Origin: a virus
Lineage: Duplodnaviria > Caudoviricetes
Virus record (IMG/VR): IMGVR_UViG_3300048858_000070
Span: 1 to 29,553 of that record
Length of the DNA: 29,553 nucleotides
Reading direction: 5' to 3' (one strand)
Translations under genes and position numbers: made by a program
The notes under the pieces: model-generated
What the model saw: only the letters and a program-made list of their open reading frames with translations
What the model was told of the DNA's origin: nothing
Databases searched by the model: none
Shown here: positions 1 through 11,753 of the stretch, piece after piece
Layout of the letters: every line of letters begins with the position of its first letter
Position numbering within the stretch: position 1 is the first letter of the stretch

Positions 1-111
1 CGCGGTGTCGTCGTCCACCGGTCCGTAGACGTCGCTGAGACTCATGCCGCCGTAGCCGAGTGCGCTGACGACGAGGTCGTCGCCGAGTCGGATGGTGTTG
101 ATCGCGGTCAT
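1..111 (-). CDS. Aldo/keto reductase, N-terminal part (runs off the window)
   Basis: Manual translation MTAINTIRLGDDLVVSALGYGGMSLSDVYGPVDDDTA matches the typical AKR N-terminus. ATGA overlap with the upstream stop at 108-111. Confidence 0.85.
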   Translation of the reverse strand, partial: MTAINTIRLGDDLVVSALGYGGMSLSDVYGPVDDDTA

Positions 112-1277
112 CGCGACTCCTGTTCGTCGAGGGGGCCGAGCCAGGCGGATGCCGCCGTGGCGTGCGCGGATTCGGGGTCGGAGGGGTGGAAGACGCCCGC
201 GAGCACGTCGCGGTAGAGGCGCCCGAGCTCGTGCGAGGCGAAGTAGGAGGCGCCGCCGGCGACGAGGATCGCCTCGTCGACGACCTGCTTCGCGGTCGTC
301 GTGGCGCGGTGCTTGATGCCGGCGAGCAGCGAGAACCAGCGTGCGCCGTGATCGGCCTGCGCGTCGACGTCACGGGCGAGGACCTCGAGCTGCGGCCCGA
401 GCGCGTCGTAGGCCAGCGCCATCTCGGCGATCCGCCAGCGGATGTCGCCGTCCTGGCTGTAGGCACGGCCGGTCTTCTTCGAGCGGCGCGTCTGCGCGGC
501 TTCCACCGCGAGATCCAGCGCACGGCGCGCGATCCCCGTGTAGACGGATGCGACGAGGATCTCGAAGACGCTGAAGATGCCGAAGACGATGGGGTCGGGG
601 TTCGGGCCGGGGGCGACGCGTCGCACCACCCGGTCGGCCGGGGCGACAGCGCCGTGCAACTCGGTCGTGCGCGACTGCGTTCCCCGCATGCCGACCGTGT
701 CCCAGTCGTCGCGTGTGACCACCGCGTCGGTGCGGGGAACGAACGCGTAGACGAGCTGCGGGGCATCCGGCGACGTCGTGTCGAGGCCGTGCAACCCGAG
801 CTGCGTCCACACCGGAGAGAGCGAGGTGAAGATTTTGGTGCCCTCGAACGCGTACGACCCGTCCGCGCGGGGCGCCGCATCCGTTCCGCTGCCGAACAGG
901 ACGAGGTCGTTGCCGGCCTCGCTGATGCCGAAGGCGAACACCTCGCCGGCGACCGACCCGGTCTGCACGAAGGCGAGGTCGTCGATGCCGCGGTCGCGGA
1001 GGATCTTGGCCACGCCCGTCCACACCAGGTGCATGTTCAGCGCGAGGGCAGTCGCGGGAGCCGCCGACGCCAGTCGCTGCTGCAGCACGGACGCTTCCGC
1101 GAGGCTCAGCCCGCTGCCGCCACGGTCGGTCGGCACGAGGATCGACAGATAGCCCGCATCGCGGAGCTCCTGCAGGTCCTCCTCTGGGAACACGTTGTCA
1201 CGATCGACGGCGGCCGCGCGCGATCGGATGCGCTCGATGAGGTCGTCCGGGAGAAAGCGCGTGGGATCGAACGTCAC
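108..1277 (-). CDS. Acyl-CoA dehydrogenase superfamily flavoprotein (YdbM/DszC-like)
   Basis: GTG start (VTFDPTRF) overlaps the hydrolase stop. Motifs ALNMH, GISEAG, GTKIFTS, WDTVGMRGTQS, RLYRD. Confidence 0.88.
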   Translation of the reverse strand: MTFDPTRFLPDDLIERIRSRAAAVDRDNVFPEEDLQELRDAGYLSILVPTDRGGSGLSLAEASVLQQRLASAAPATALALNMHLVWTGVAKILRDRGIDDLAFVQTGSVAGEVFAFGISEAGNDLVLFGSGTDAAPRADGSYAFEGTKIFTSLSPVWTQLGLHGLDTTSPDAPQLVYAFVPRTDAVVTRDDWDTVGMRGTQSRTTELHGAVAPADRVVRRVAPGPNPDPIVFGIFSVFEILVASVYTGIARRALDLAVEAAQTRRSKKTGRAYSQDGDIRWRIAEMALAYDALGPQLEVLARDVDAQADHGARWFSLLAGIKHRATTTAKQVVDEAILVAGGASYFASHELGRLYRDVLAGVFHPSDPESAHATAASAWLGPLDEQESR

Positions 1278-2032
1278 GACAGTGCCTCGCGCAGGGCGGC
1301 GATGGTCGCCTCGGGTCGGTCGCGGTGCGGGGAGTGGCCGGCCCTCGGCACCACCGACATGGTGATCCGTTCGTTGGAGCGCAGCACCTCGGCGGCGGTC
1401 GCCCCCGTGAAGATGCTGTAGACGGCCGGGTCGGAGCCGATGACGTGCGTCGGCACCGTCAGGCGGCCGGCGGCGGCGCGCTCGTCCCACTGCGGGTTCT
1501 GCTCGCTCGTCTGCTCGACCGCCCACGGGCTGGCCTGCTGCGCGGCCGCCGCCTTGAGCTCGATGTCCTGCGGATGCCAGCGCGGATGCTGAGCGCGTAC
1601 GGCTTCGGGCGTCGGGTCTGCGAATGCGGCCTCCTGGCTGTCGCGGACGACCTCCCGGTCGTCTGGCAGCAGGTGGATCGCCGGGTCGACCAGGACGAGC
1701 CGACTCGTCCAGGAGGGGTGATCGGCAGCGGCAAGCGCGGCCGCCGCGCCGCCCAGCGAGTGGCCGATGACGAGGTCCCAGCCGCCGGCGCGGCCAGACC
1801 CGGTGGCAGCGACATCGGCGGCGTAGGCGGCGATGGAGTAGTCCAGTGCGCGCGGGGCGTGCCCGTGGCCACGCAGGTCGACGGCGACGGCGTACCAGCC
1901 GTCCTCGGCCAGAGCCGTCCCGTACCGCCACATCAGGGCCGCGGACGAACCGAGACCGTGGATGAGGAGAGCGTGGCGGTCGGCGGCGGGATCCCCCCAG
2001 GCGAGGCGGGGAAGGACGACGGATGCGGGCAT
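1274..2032 (-). CDS. Alpha/beta fold hydrolase
   Basis: LIHGLG, DLRGHG, GHSLGG nucleophile elbow, AGHSPH. Start trimmed to MPASVV. Confidence 0.9.
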   Translation of the reverse strand: MPASVVLPRLAWGDPAADRHALLIHGLGSSAALMWRYGTALAEDGWYAVAVDLRGHGHAPRALDYSIAAYAADVAATGSGRAGGWDLVIGHSLGGAAAALAAADHPSWTSRLVLVDPAIHLLPDDREVVRDSQEAAFADPTPEAVRAQHPRWHPQDIELKAAAAQQASPWAVEQTSEQNPQWDERAAAGRLTVPTHVIGSDPAVYSIFTGATAAEVLRSNERITMSVVPRAGHSPHRDRPEATIAALREALS

Positions 2033-2038
2033 ACCTCG

Positions 2039-2044
2039 AGCGTA
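2039..2044 (-). promoter_or_regulatory. Putative -10 element (TACGCT), leaderless transcript
   Basis: TANNNT hexamer 6 nt before the ATG at 2032, with no SD; typical actinobacterial leaderless geometry. Confidence 0.55.
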
Positions 2045-2123
2045 GAGCCGAACCCCGGCGCGGGCGCTCGTCGTGTTGCTCGAAGTGACGACCGCCGCAT
2101 CCGCGGTGTCAGGAGACGGGGCG

Positions 2124-3329
2124 TCAGGTGATGATGTGCGTCGGTTCGGTGTCGGGCAGCGGGCTCGGGTCGCGGTGGCGCAGGTCGGGGAAGGCGCGGA
2201 CGAAGGCGAACGCCACGATGACGCCGGCGACGGCGAAGACCGCGGCCGCGACGTATGCGCCCTGCGGACCCACGCCGTCGATGAGGAAGCCCGCGACCGC
2301 GGAGCCTGCCGCGGCACCGATGAGCTGGCCGGTGCCCACCCATCCGTAGGCCTCGGCGGTGTCGCTGAATTTCACGCTCGCCGAGGTGATCGCGAAGAGC
2401 ACCGCGAGAGCCGGGGCGATACCGATCCCGGCGAGGAACAGGGTGCCGCTCAGCCACCACACGTCGAGCGAGAACATCGTGAGGGCGAGTCCGATCGCGA
2501 CGATCGTCATCCGTCGCGCCATCGCCCATTGCCCCATCGGGATGTGACCGAACGAGAGGCCGCCGGCGAGACTGCCGACGGAGAAGACGGCCAGCACGAG
2601 TCCGGCTTCGAGGCCGCCGTGGCCGAACGTTGCCACGACCCCTGCCTCGACGGCGGAGCAGGCCCCGATCAGGAGCAGGCCGATCACAGTCGCGAGCAGC
2701 ACGGTCGGACGTGCGAGCACCTTGCCGAAGCGGCGTTTGCTGCGCGGGATGCGGACGCGCCCCACCTCGGGCGACAGCACGAACCAGGCGCCGCCGCCGA
2801 GGAGGATGACGACGATGAGGATCAGGGATTCCCACGTGCCGACCTGGGTCGCGACGAACGTGATGACGACGGGCGCGAGGATCCAGATGATCTCCTGGAG
2901 CGATGCGTCCAGGGAGTAGAGCGGTGTGAGCTGGCGCGAGTTGACGAGCTTCGGGTAGATGGTGCGCGCCGCGGACTGGATCGGGGGAGTAGCGAGGCCT
3001 GCGACGAGCCCGAGCGCCATGTACCCCGGCAGCTCCATGTCGATCAACGCCATCGCCGTGATCGCCGCGGCGCACACGACCATCGTCAGCGTGATGACCT
3101 TGCGCATTCCCCACGCGCCCATCCACCGGCTGGTCACCGGACCGGCGACCGCCTGACCCACCGAGGTGGCCGCGAGCACGAGGCCGGCGGCGCCGTAGGA
3201 ACCCGTCACGTACTCGACGTGCAGCAGGATGGCGAGGCTCGTCATGCCGTTGGGGAACCGCGCCGTCAACTGCGCTGCGATGATGCGCCCGACACCCGGG
3301 GTGCGCAAGAGATCCCGATAGCCCGCCAC
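2124..3329 (-). CDS. MFS transporter
   Basis: 401 aa with about 12 hydrophobic segments and a motif A-like GPVTSRWMGAWGMRK. TACCGT -10-like hexamer at 3336-3341, 6 nt before the GTG. Confidence 0.9.
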   Translation of the reverse strand: MAGYRDLLRTPGVGRIIAAQLTARFPNGMTSLAILLHVEYVTGSYGAAGLVLAATSVGQAVAGPVTSRWMGAWGMRKVITLTMVVCAAAITAMALIDMELPGYMALGLVAGLATPPIQSAARTIYPKLVNSRQLTPLYSLDASLQEIIWILAPVVITFVATQVGTWESLILIVVILLGGGAWFVLSPEVGRVRIPRSKRRFGKVLARPTVLLATVIGLLLIGACSAVEAGVVATFGHGGLEAGLVLAVFSVGSLAGGLSFGHIPMGQWAMARRMTIVAIGLALTMFSLDVWWLSGTLFLAGIGIAPALAVLFAITSASVKFSDTAEAYGWVGTGQLIGAAAGSAVAGFLIDGVGPQGAYVAAAVFAVAGVIVAFAFVRAFPDLRHRDPSPLPDTEPTHIIT

Positions 3330-3465
3330 CCCTCAACGGTATCGCGACGTTCGGCGAGACCCGTTTTCGGGCGGCCCACCGCCCCGTGATGCGACCCGGC
3401 GCGACACGCCGAGATACCGTTCGGGCCGGGATCCGGATGTCGGAGGCCCGGCGTAGCGTCGAACC

Positions 3466-3584
3466 TGTGGATGACGGTGCCGATCGGGCCCTGGATCAGC
3501 GGTTTCACAGGGTCCGCGACGCGCCGCCGCCTGTGGATGAAATGGTGGACAACCTGTGTTGTACATGGGGACAGCGGTGGAAAA
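3466..3584. promoter_or_regulatory. Cluster of DnaA-box-like 9-mers
   Basis: TGTGGATGA (3466, 3532), GGTGGACAA (3544), TGGGGACAG (3566), GGTGGAAAA (3576), compared with consensus TGTGGA(T/C)AA. Confidence 0.5.
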
Positions 3585-3598
3585 TCACACGGATGTAA

Positions 3599-3646
3599 CT
3601 ACTACCCCTTGTGGTGCTTCCCGAGGTCCGTACCCATATGTAGTAT
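3599..3646 (+). promoter_or_regulatory. Tandem NrdR boxes
   Basis: CTACTACCCCTTGTGG (3599-3614) and TACCCATATGTAGTAT (3631-3646) resemble acaCwAtATaTwGtg, start 32 bp apart, and lie upstream of nrdH. The second overlaps a TAGTAT -10 candidate. Confidence 0.75.
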
Positions 3647-3708
3647 TGAGGTCCCGGCAGCACCACAGCCGGAAATTCCGAATCATCGAGGGGAGAAGAC
3701 CGGTTCAC

Positions 3709-3942
3709 ATGGCTATCACCGTCTACACCAAGCCTTCCTGCGTGCAGTGCACCGCGACGTACCGTGCGCTGGACTCCAAGGGCATCGAATACAACGTTCT
3801 GGACCTTTCCGAGGACCCGGCAGCTCTCGAGCAGGTCAAGGCCCTCGGCTACCTGCAGGCGCCCGTCGTCATCACGGATGAGGACCACTGGTCGGGCTTC
3901 CGTCCCGACAAGATCAACGAGCTGGCGTCCCGGCTGGTCTGA
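3709..3942 (+). CDS. nrdH: Glutaredoxin-like protein NrdH
   Basis: MAITVYTKPSCVQC; WSGFRPDKI. Confidence 0.97.
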   Translation: MAITVYTKPSCVQCTATYRALDSKGIEYNVLDLSEDPAALEQVKALGYLQAPVVITDEDHWSGFRPDKINELASRLV

Positions 3943-3945
3943 GCC

Positions 3946-4406
3946 ATGGCAACCGCTGTCGTAGATGACGTCGGCGCGGTTGCCCCCTCGGACCGGGGCG
4001 CCCGCCCCGCTGTACCGCTCCTGGTCTACTTCTCGAGCGTGTCGGGCAACACGGCACGTTTCATCGAGAAGCTCGGGAAGCGGGCGGTGCGGATTCCGCT
4101 CCGGCCCGGTGACCCCATGCCGGTCATCGACGAGCCGTACGTCCTGGTCACCCCCACCTACGGGGGCGGTCAGGGTCGCGGCGAGGAGAAGGGCGCGGTA
4201 CCGAAGCAGGTGATCCGGTTCCTCAACGGAGAGCAGAACCGGCACCGCATCCGGGGAGTGATCTCCGCAGGGAACACGAACTTCGGTGCGGCCTACTGCC
4301 TCGCCGGAGACATCATCAGCCGCAAGTGCCATGTGCCGCACCTGTACCGGCTCGAACTTTTCGGCACGCCAGAAGACGTCGAACGCATCAGCGAAGGATT
4401 AGAACG

Positions 4407-4425
<19 letters not shown>
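3946..4425 (+). CDS. nrdI: Flavodoxin-like class Ib RNR assembly protein NrdI
   Basis: [29 protein letters not shown]. Confidence 0.97.
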
Positions 4426-7581
<3,156 letters not shown>

Positions 7582-7611
7582 TCCCGCGTGATTCCGCGGC
7601 TCTTGCGCAAC

Positions 7612-7663
7612 AAAGAGGCCCCTGGCTGGTTACCCTCACGGGTGATCGACCAGGGGCCTTTTT
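7612..7663. terminator. Probable bidirectional intrinsic terminator between nrdF and int
   Basis: AAAGAGGCCCCTGG...ACCC TCAC GGGT...CCAGGGGCCTTTTT. Confidence 0.85.
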
Positions 7664-7669
7664 CGTGTC

Positions 7670-7689
7670 TGCCCACGTTTTGCCCACAT
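7670..7689. repeat. Putative integrase arm-type sites
   Basis: Direct repeats TGCCCACGT and TGCCCACAT, 11 bp apart, immediately past the int stop. Confidence 0.6.
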
Positions 7690-7692
7690 CCG

Positions 7693-8787
7693 TCAGGAAA
7701 CGGCGTCGGCCCGTGCCTTCGTCATCGCGACGGCGACGGACTCGAGGTCGTCGTCGAACAGGTCTGCGTACACGTCGAGTGTCATTGCGGCCGAGGCGTG
7801 GCCGAGCATCCGTTGGACGGCCTTCACGTTGGCGCCGGCGCTGATGGCGAGGGAGGCGGCGGTGTGGCGGAGGTCATGCGGGGTGATCGTCGGGAACGAC
7901 CGGTCGGCGGCCTGTGCGGCGCGGACGGCGCGCACGAACCACCCGGTGTCGGGGCTAGAGCGCGGCAACGGGGTGACGCCGGTGCCGAGGACGAATGAGT
8001 CGCGGCCCTTCCCTTCGCAGAGGCGAGCGAGCTCGGGGATGAGGAATACGGGCATTGCTACTTCGCGGGTTTCGCCGGTCTTGGGCGTGCCGATTGCGAA
8101 CTGTCCCTTCACCCAGACGGCGTTGTCCTCGATGAGCAGTCGTCGGCGGAGCATGTCGAGGTGTCGGACGCGGAGCGCGATTGCTTCTCCCCATCGAAGG
8201 CCGGTGTAGGCCAGGAGGCGGACGACAGTGCCGTGGGGGTCGGCGAGCTGTGCGAAGGTCTCGACCTGCTCGTGTGTCAGGTATCGCTGCGGCTTCTTCG
8301 TCTTCGCGGGGAGCTGCAGCCCTTTCGCGGGGTTCGACAGGATGACGCGGTCGCGCTCCGCAATCGCGAGGACGCTGGACAGTGCGAAGACCGCGCGGCG
8401 CACGGTCTGGGATGCGAGGGTGCGGCTGAGCTCGGCGACCCAGTCCTCGATCTCGGACGGTCGGATGCTGGCGGCCCCGCGCGCGCCCCATCGGGGTTCG
8501 ACGTGCACGCGCCACGACGTCTCCATGACGTTCTGAGAGGACGGTTTTAGGCCGGAGAGGCGTCCACGTTTCCACTGCTCCGCGAACGCGCTGAGCGTCT
8601 TCTTCCCCTCGGACGGATCGAGGTACTGCCCGCTCGCCTTCGAGATGGTCGTCGACGCGAGGAACAGTTCCGCTTCGCGCTTCGTCTTGAACCCGCGCTT
8701 GTCGGTCTGGGCGCCGTCCGGCTTCCGGTAGCGGACGCGGTACCGCTTGCCCTTCGCGGTTTCGTAGGGCGAGATCGTGCCGGCCAT
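7693..8787 (-). CDS. int: Tyrosine integrase
   Basis: N-terminal arm-binding domain (KRYRVRYR...KRGFKTKREA); catalytic TGLRWGE, PKT, HDLRH, LGH, DVY. Confidence 0.97.
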   Translation of the reverse strand: MAGTISPYETAKGKRYRVRYRKPDGAQTDKRGFKTKREAELFLASTTISKASGQYLDPSEGKKTLSAFAEQWKRGRLSGLKPSSQNVMETSWRVHVEPRWGARGAASIRPSEIEDWVAELSRTLASQTVRRAVFALSSVLAIAERDRVILSNPAKGLQLPAKTKKPQRYLTHEQVETFAQLADPHGTVVRLLAYTGLRWGEAIALRVRHLDMLRRRLLIEDNAVWVKGQFAIGTPKTGETREVAMPVFLIPELARLCEGKGRDSFVLGTGVTPLPRSSPDTGWFVRAVRAAQAADRSFPTITPHDLRHTAASLAISAGANVKAVQRMLGHASAAMTLDVYADLFDDDLESVAVAMTKARADAVS

Positions 8788-8788
8788 G

Positions 8789-9232
8789 TCAGGCGCTGTC
8801 CGCGAGGTGGTGACGCTGCACCCATTGGCCGACGCCCATCTTCGCGCGCACGTAGGTCACGCCGCGGAGTTTCACGAGGCAGTTCTGCATCCAGAGGTTC
8901 AGGACATGGACGCTGACGCCGAAGTGCTCGGCGATGTCGTACTGGTGCAGTCCCTGACGTTCGAGCTCGGCGTAGATCGCCGGGTCGATGAGGAGACGGG
9001 CAGCGAACTCGTCGGCCTGTTGCTCGGTGCGCGGATCGTTCTCGCAGCGGTGCCCGTGGTGGGCGTGGCCGAGTTCGTGCGCGATCGTGTACACCTGCTC
9101 GTCGGGGGACTGGCGGAGTTCGAAGTAGATCTCGCGCTCGTCTTCGTACCACTCGCCGAGCACGCCGGGTTCGAGGCGTGCTCCGTGCACGGAGATCCCG
9201 AGCCGTGCGGCGTATCGCAGTATCTCTTTCAT
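8789..9232 (-). CDS. ImmA/IrrE family metallopeptidase
   Basis: IAHELGH (HExxH) plus EQQADEFAARLLI and a C-terminal HTH. GGAGG SD before MKEILRY. Confidence 0.9.
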   Translation of the reverse strand: MKEILRYAARLGISVHGARLEPGVLGEWYEDEREIYFELRQSPDEQVYTIAHELGHAHHGHRCENDPRTEQQADEFAARLLIDPAIYAELERQGLHQYDIAEHFGVSVHVLNLWMQNCLVKLRGVTYVRAKMGVGQWVQRHHLADSA

Positions 9233-9251
9233 CGGGATCCCCCTCCCTTGC

Positions 9252-9740
9252 TCATTCGGCGTGCGGTGCGTCATCCGCTTTCGTCGTGCCCTTGCGTGCG
9301 GCGGTGCGCTGCTTCGCTGGCGGCTGCTTCACGCCTGGCTCATCCTCTCCGGGGGTCCCGACACCGAAGCGCCCCGCGATGACGTTGCCTGGGCGAGGTT
9401 CCGGATCAACGTCGCGGACCAGATAGACCGTTCGGCCCTCGGCACCGCTGACGACCTCGTAGTCCGGCACCAGACGACCTTCGTAGTCGGACGCGTCGAG
9501 GAGGCGGACGCGCGCGAGCATTTCGTCAGGTGTGAGGTCGAATCCGCGTGCGGCCATCTCGAAATCGTTGAGGTTGAACACCGCTTCGTTTCGCAGGCGG
9601 GTTGCGACGTAGTTGAGGGACTTGTCCATCACGGCGGCGAGCTCACCGACGGTGAGTCCGCGCTTGCGGCGCTGCTGTTCGAGGTAGATGGAGAACGCCT
9701 GCGAGAGCCGCAGCGGCTTCCCCTGTGATCCGGATGGCAT
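9252..9740 (-). CDS. Phage immunity repressor (XRE-type HTH)
   Basis: RRKRGLTVGELAAVMDKSLNYVATRL; divergent from the cro-like gene; no S24 peptidase domain evident. Confidence 0.85.
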   Translation of the reverse strand: MPSGSQGKPLRLSQAFSIYLEQQRRKRGLTVGELAAVMDKSLNYVATRLRNEAVFNLNDFEMAARGFDLTPDEMLARVRLLDASDYEGRLVPDYEVVSGAEGRTVYLVRDVDPEPRPGNVIAGRFGVGTPGEDEPGVKQPPAKQRTAARKGTTKADDAPHAE

Positions 9741-9824
9741 GAGGAAAGTGTACTTCTATGGGTAGCGATTACGCATCCGTGGTTGCGTAGTAACCCACTT
9801 GGGCTTACGCTACCGATATGAGTA
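9741..9824. promoter_or_regulatory. Lysis/lysogeny switch: divergent leaderless promoters and operators
   Basis: Rightward: TTGCGT(9783)-17 nt-TACGCT(9806)-6 nt-ATG. Leftward: TACACT (9747-9752)-6 nt-ATG. Imperfect 14-bp palindromes at 9751, 9792 and 9811. Confidence 0.75.
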
Positions 9825-10063
9825 ATCAACCGGCATGGTGGCAGCGCATCGCTGAAGGCGTGCGCGTTGAGCTCGCGAGACAGCGGCTTGATCAGGGACA
9901 GCTCGCCGAGGCCATTGGCCGGAGCAGAAACTATGTGTCCCTCAGAGTGAACGGCAAGGCGCCGTTCAAGCTCGACGAGGCTGAGGCAGCTGCTGAGTTC
10001 CTGGGGAAGGACCTCGAAGCCCTCGAAGCTCTCGCATCTCTCGGTGTCGAGGTGACCCGCTGA
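9818..10063 (+). CDS. Cro-like HTH regulator
   Basis: LDQGQLAEAIGRSRNYVSLRVNG. Confidence 0.88.
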   Translation: MSNQPAWWQRIAEGVRVELARQRLDQGQLAEAIGRSRNYVSLRVNGKAPFKLDEAEAAAEFLGKDLEALEALASLGVEVTR

Positions 10064-10308
10064 TGGGTACCGTCACCGCGATCAGAAGCACTCCCGCTCC
10101 GGCGGTCGAGTGGCTGTCGCCGGCGCAGGTCTGTGACCTCCTCCCGGGGATGACGGAGGAGATCCTGACGAAGCGCCGCAAGAAGCGGCTGGACCCCCCT
10201 TACTTTAAGCCCACCGGCGAGCAGGGCAAGGTCGTTCTCTACGACCGCGCCGACGTTGTCGCGTGGGTGAACGCGCACCGCGTCGAGACCCGGGCCGGTG
10301 TCGCATGA
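10063..10308 (+). CDS. Excisionase/AlpA-like DNA-binding protein
   Basis: WLSPAQVCD...PPYFK...VLYDRADVVAW. Confidence 0.8.
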   Translation: MGTVTAIRSTPAPAVEWLSPAQVCDLLPGMTEEILTKRRKKRLDPPYFKPTGEQGKVVLYDRADVVAWVNAHRVETRAGVA

Positions 10309-11060
10309 GCGCGCTCGAGGTGTTCAACTTCGACGGCGCGCAGGTCCGCACCGTCCTGATCGGTGACGAGCCGTGGTTCGTCCTCGCGGACGTCTGCTCG
10401 GCGCTGTCGCTCTCGAACCCCACCGTGGTCGCGGCCCGGGTCGATCCGGATGCCCTAAGCCAGGCTGAGGTCATCGACGCGATGGGGCGTCCACAGGTCG
10501 CCCGCGTTGTGAACGAGTCGGGCCTCTACGAGGTCGCGATCCGATCCGACAAGCCCGAAGCGCTCCGCTTCCGTCGCTGGATCACAAGCGACGTTCTCCC
10601 GAGCATCCGCCGGACCGGCGCCTACGTCGTCCCGGAGTCGCCCGAGGTCGCGATGGCTCGCGCGGTCATGCAGGCGCAGCAGATCATCGCCAGCCGCGAC
10701 GCCGCGATCACGGAACTCACGCCCCGCGCCGAGGCGTGGGACGAAATGGCATCCGCCGAGGGCGACTATTCGGTCGGCGACGCCGCGAAGGTGCTGGTCC
10801 GCGCTGGCGTGCAGACGGGCCCGCAGCGACTGTTCGAGCAACTCGCCGGTCTCGGATGGGTGTTCCGTGGTCACGATCGCCGGTGGCGCGCGTACGCGTC
10901 CGCCGTGGATTCCGGGTACCTCACCGAGAAGCTCAGCCCGCCGAGACGTGACCGGGTCACCGACGAACTGATCGCAGTCCCGCCGCAGGTCCGTGTCACC
11001 GCGCGCGGACTCGAACGACTCCGCGTCCGACTCGGCGTCCTGAAAGCGGTGTCCGCGTGA
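10305..11060 (+). CDS. Phage antirepressor (BRO-N plus ANT/KilA-C)
   Basis: PWFVLADVC, VNESGLY, FRRWITSDVLPSIRRTGAY, VTARG. Confidence 0.92.
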   Translation: MSALEVFNFDGAQVRTVLIGDEPWFVLADVCSALSLSNPTVVAARVDPDALSQAEVIDAMGRPQVARVVNESGLYEVAIRSDKPEALRFRRWITSDVLPSIRRTGAYVVPESPEVAMARAVMQAQQIIASRDAAITELTPRAEAWDEMASAEGDYSVGDAAKVLVRAGVQTGPQRLFEQLAGLGWVFRGHDRRWRAYASAVDSGYLTEKLSPPRRDRVTDELIAVPPQVRVTARGLERLRVRLGVLKAVSA

Positions 11061-11314
11061 ACGCCGTCATCCGGTGGGCCGCGTTCCTGCTGCTCATGTT
11101 CAGCCTCGCCGTCGCGATCGACGGAACCCGCTCCTGGCTCCTCGCTCTCCTAATCGTCGGCTCGATGCTCACGTTCCTCGCCACATTCGGTGCGTTCGAC
11201 CGGTCCACATGGGTCGGAGAACCGGAAGAAGACGAAGAGTACGCCCGCATCGATGCGGAGATCCGCGCGCATGAGACCTGGCGGGAGCAGCGGCACAGCC
11301 GAACCCGCATCTGA
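11057..11314 (+). CDS. Small two-TM membrane protein
   Basis: Two hydrophobic segments and an acidic tail; GTGA coupling. Confidence 0.7.
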   Translation: MNAVIRWAAFLLLMFSLAVAIDGTRSWLLALLIVGSMLTFLATFGAFDRSTWVGEPEEDEEYARIDAEIRAHETWREQRHSRTRI

Positions 11315-11352
11315 CCACCCCATTCATCCGTCGAAACGAAGGGCACATCGAC

Positions 11353-11646
11353 ATGACGGAAACCACCCTCCTCGACCCTGTCGAGGAACAGATCGACCTC
11401 ACTCTCGGCGGGACCTTCGAGATCGGAATCAACGCGTACGCCGGACACCCGACCGTCCACCTGGACGTCGAGGACGCGTGCGTGGAACTCACCGCGAGCG
11501 ACGCGCTCCGCGTCGTCGCAGGGATCATGCGCGCCGTGGACACCATCGGCTCCCCGGAACCGGGCGAGCCCGTCGACGCTCCCGCGCCCGTTGTCGTCAC
11601 CCGGGTACTGCCCGGCGACCTGATCTTCGTAGGGATGCCCAGATGA
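11353..11646 (+). CDS. Hypothetical phage protein
   Basis: GAAGGG SD; coupled to the next gene. Confidence 0.7.
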   Translation: MTETTLLDPVEEQIDLTLGGTFEIGINAYAGHPTVHLDVEDACVELTASDALRVVAGIMRAVDTIGSPEPGEPVDAPAPVVVTRVLPGDLIFVGMPR

Positions 11647-11753
11647 ACGTCCTGCTCTACGTCCCCGAGCAGTGGATGCCGTGGATCGTGATCGTCGTCG
11701 TGATCTTCCTCGGCATCGCGATCGTGTCGCTAATCGAGATGGGCCACAAGTGA
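11643..11753 (+). CDS. 36-aa single-TM peptide
   Basis: MNVLLYVPEQWMPWIVIVVVIFLGIAIVSLIEMGHK; ATGA and GTGA overlaps at its two ends. Confidence 0.7.
   Translation: MNVLLYVPEQWMPWIVIVVVIFLGIAIVSLIEMGHK

Noticed and set aside
1278-1931. N-terminal extension of the 607-aa ORF, suggesting a fusion
   Set aside because: Arg/Pro-rich off-frame reading of the hydrolase gene; the real start is the GTG at 1277.
9770-9789. TACGCA-N8-TGCGTA inverted repeat as a separate operator
   Set aside because: Explained by the back-to-back -35 regions of the divergent promoters.
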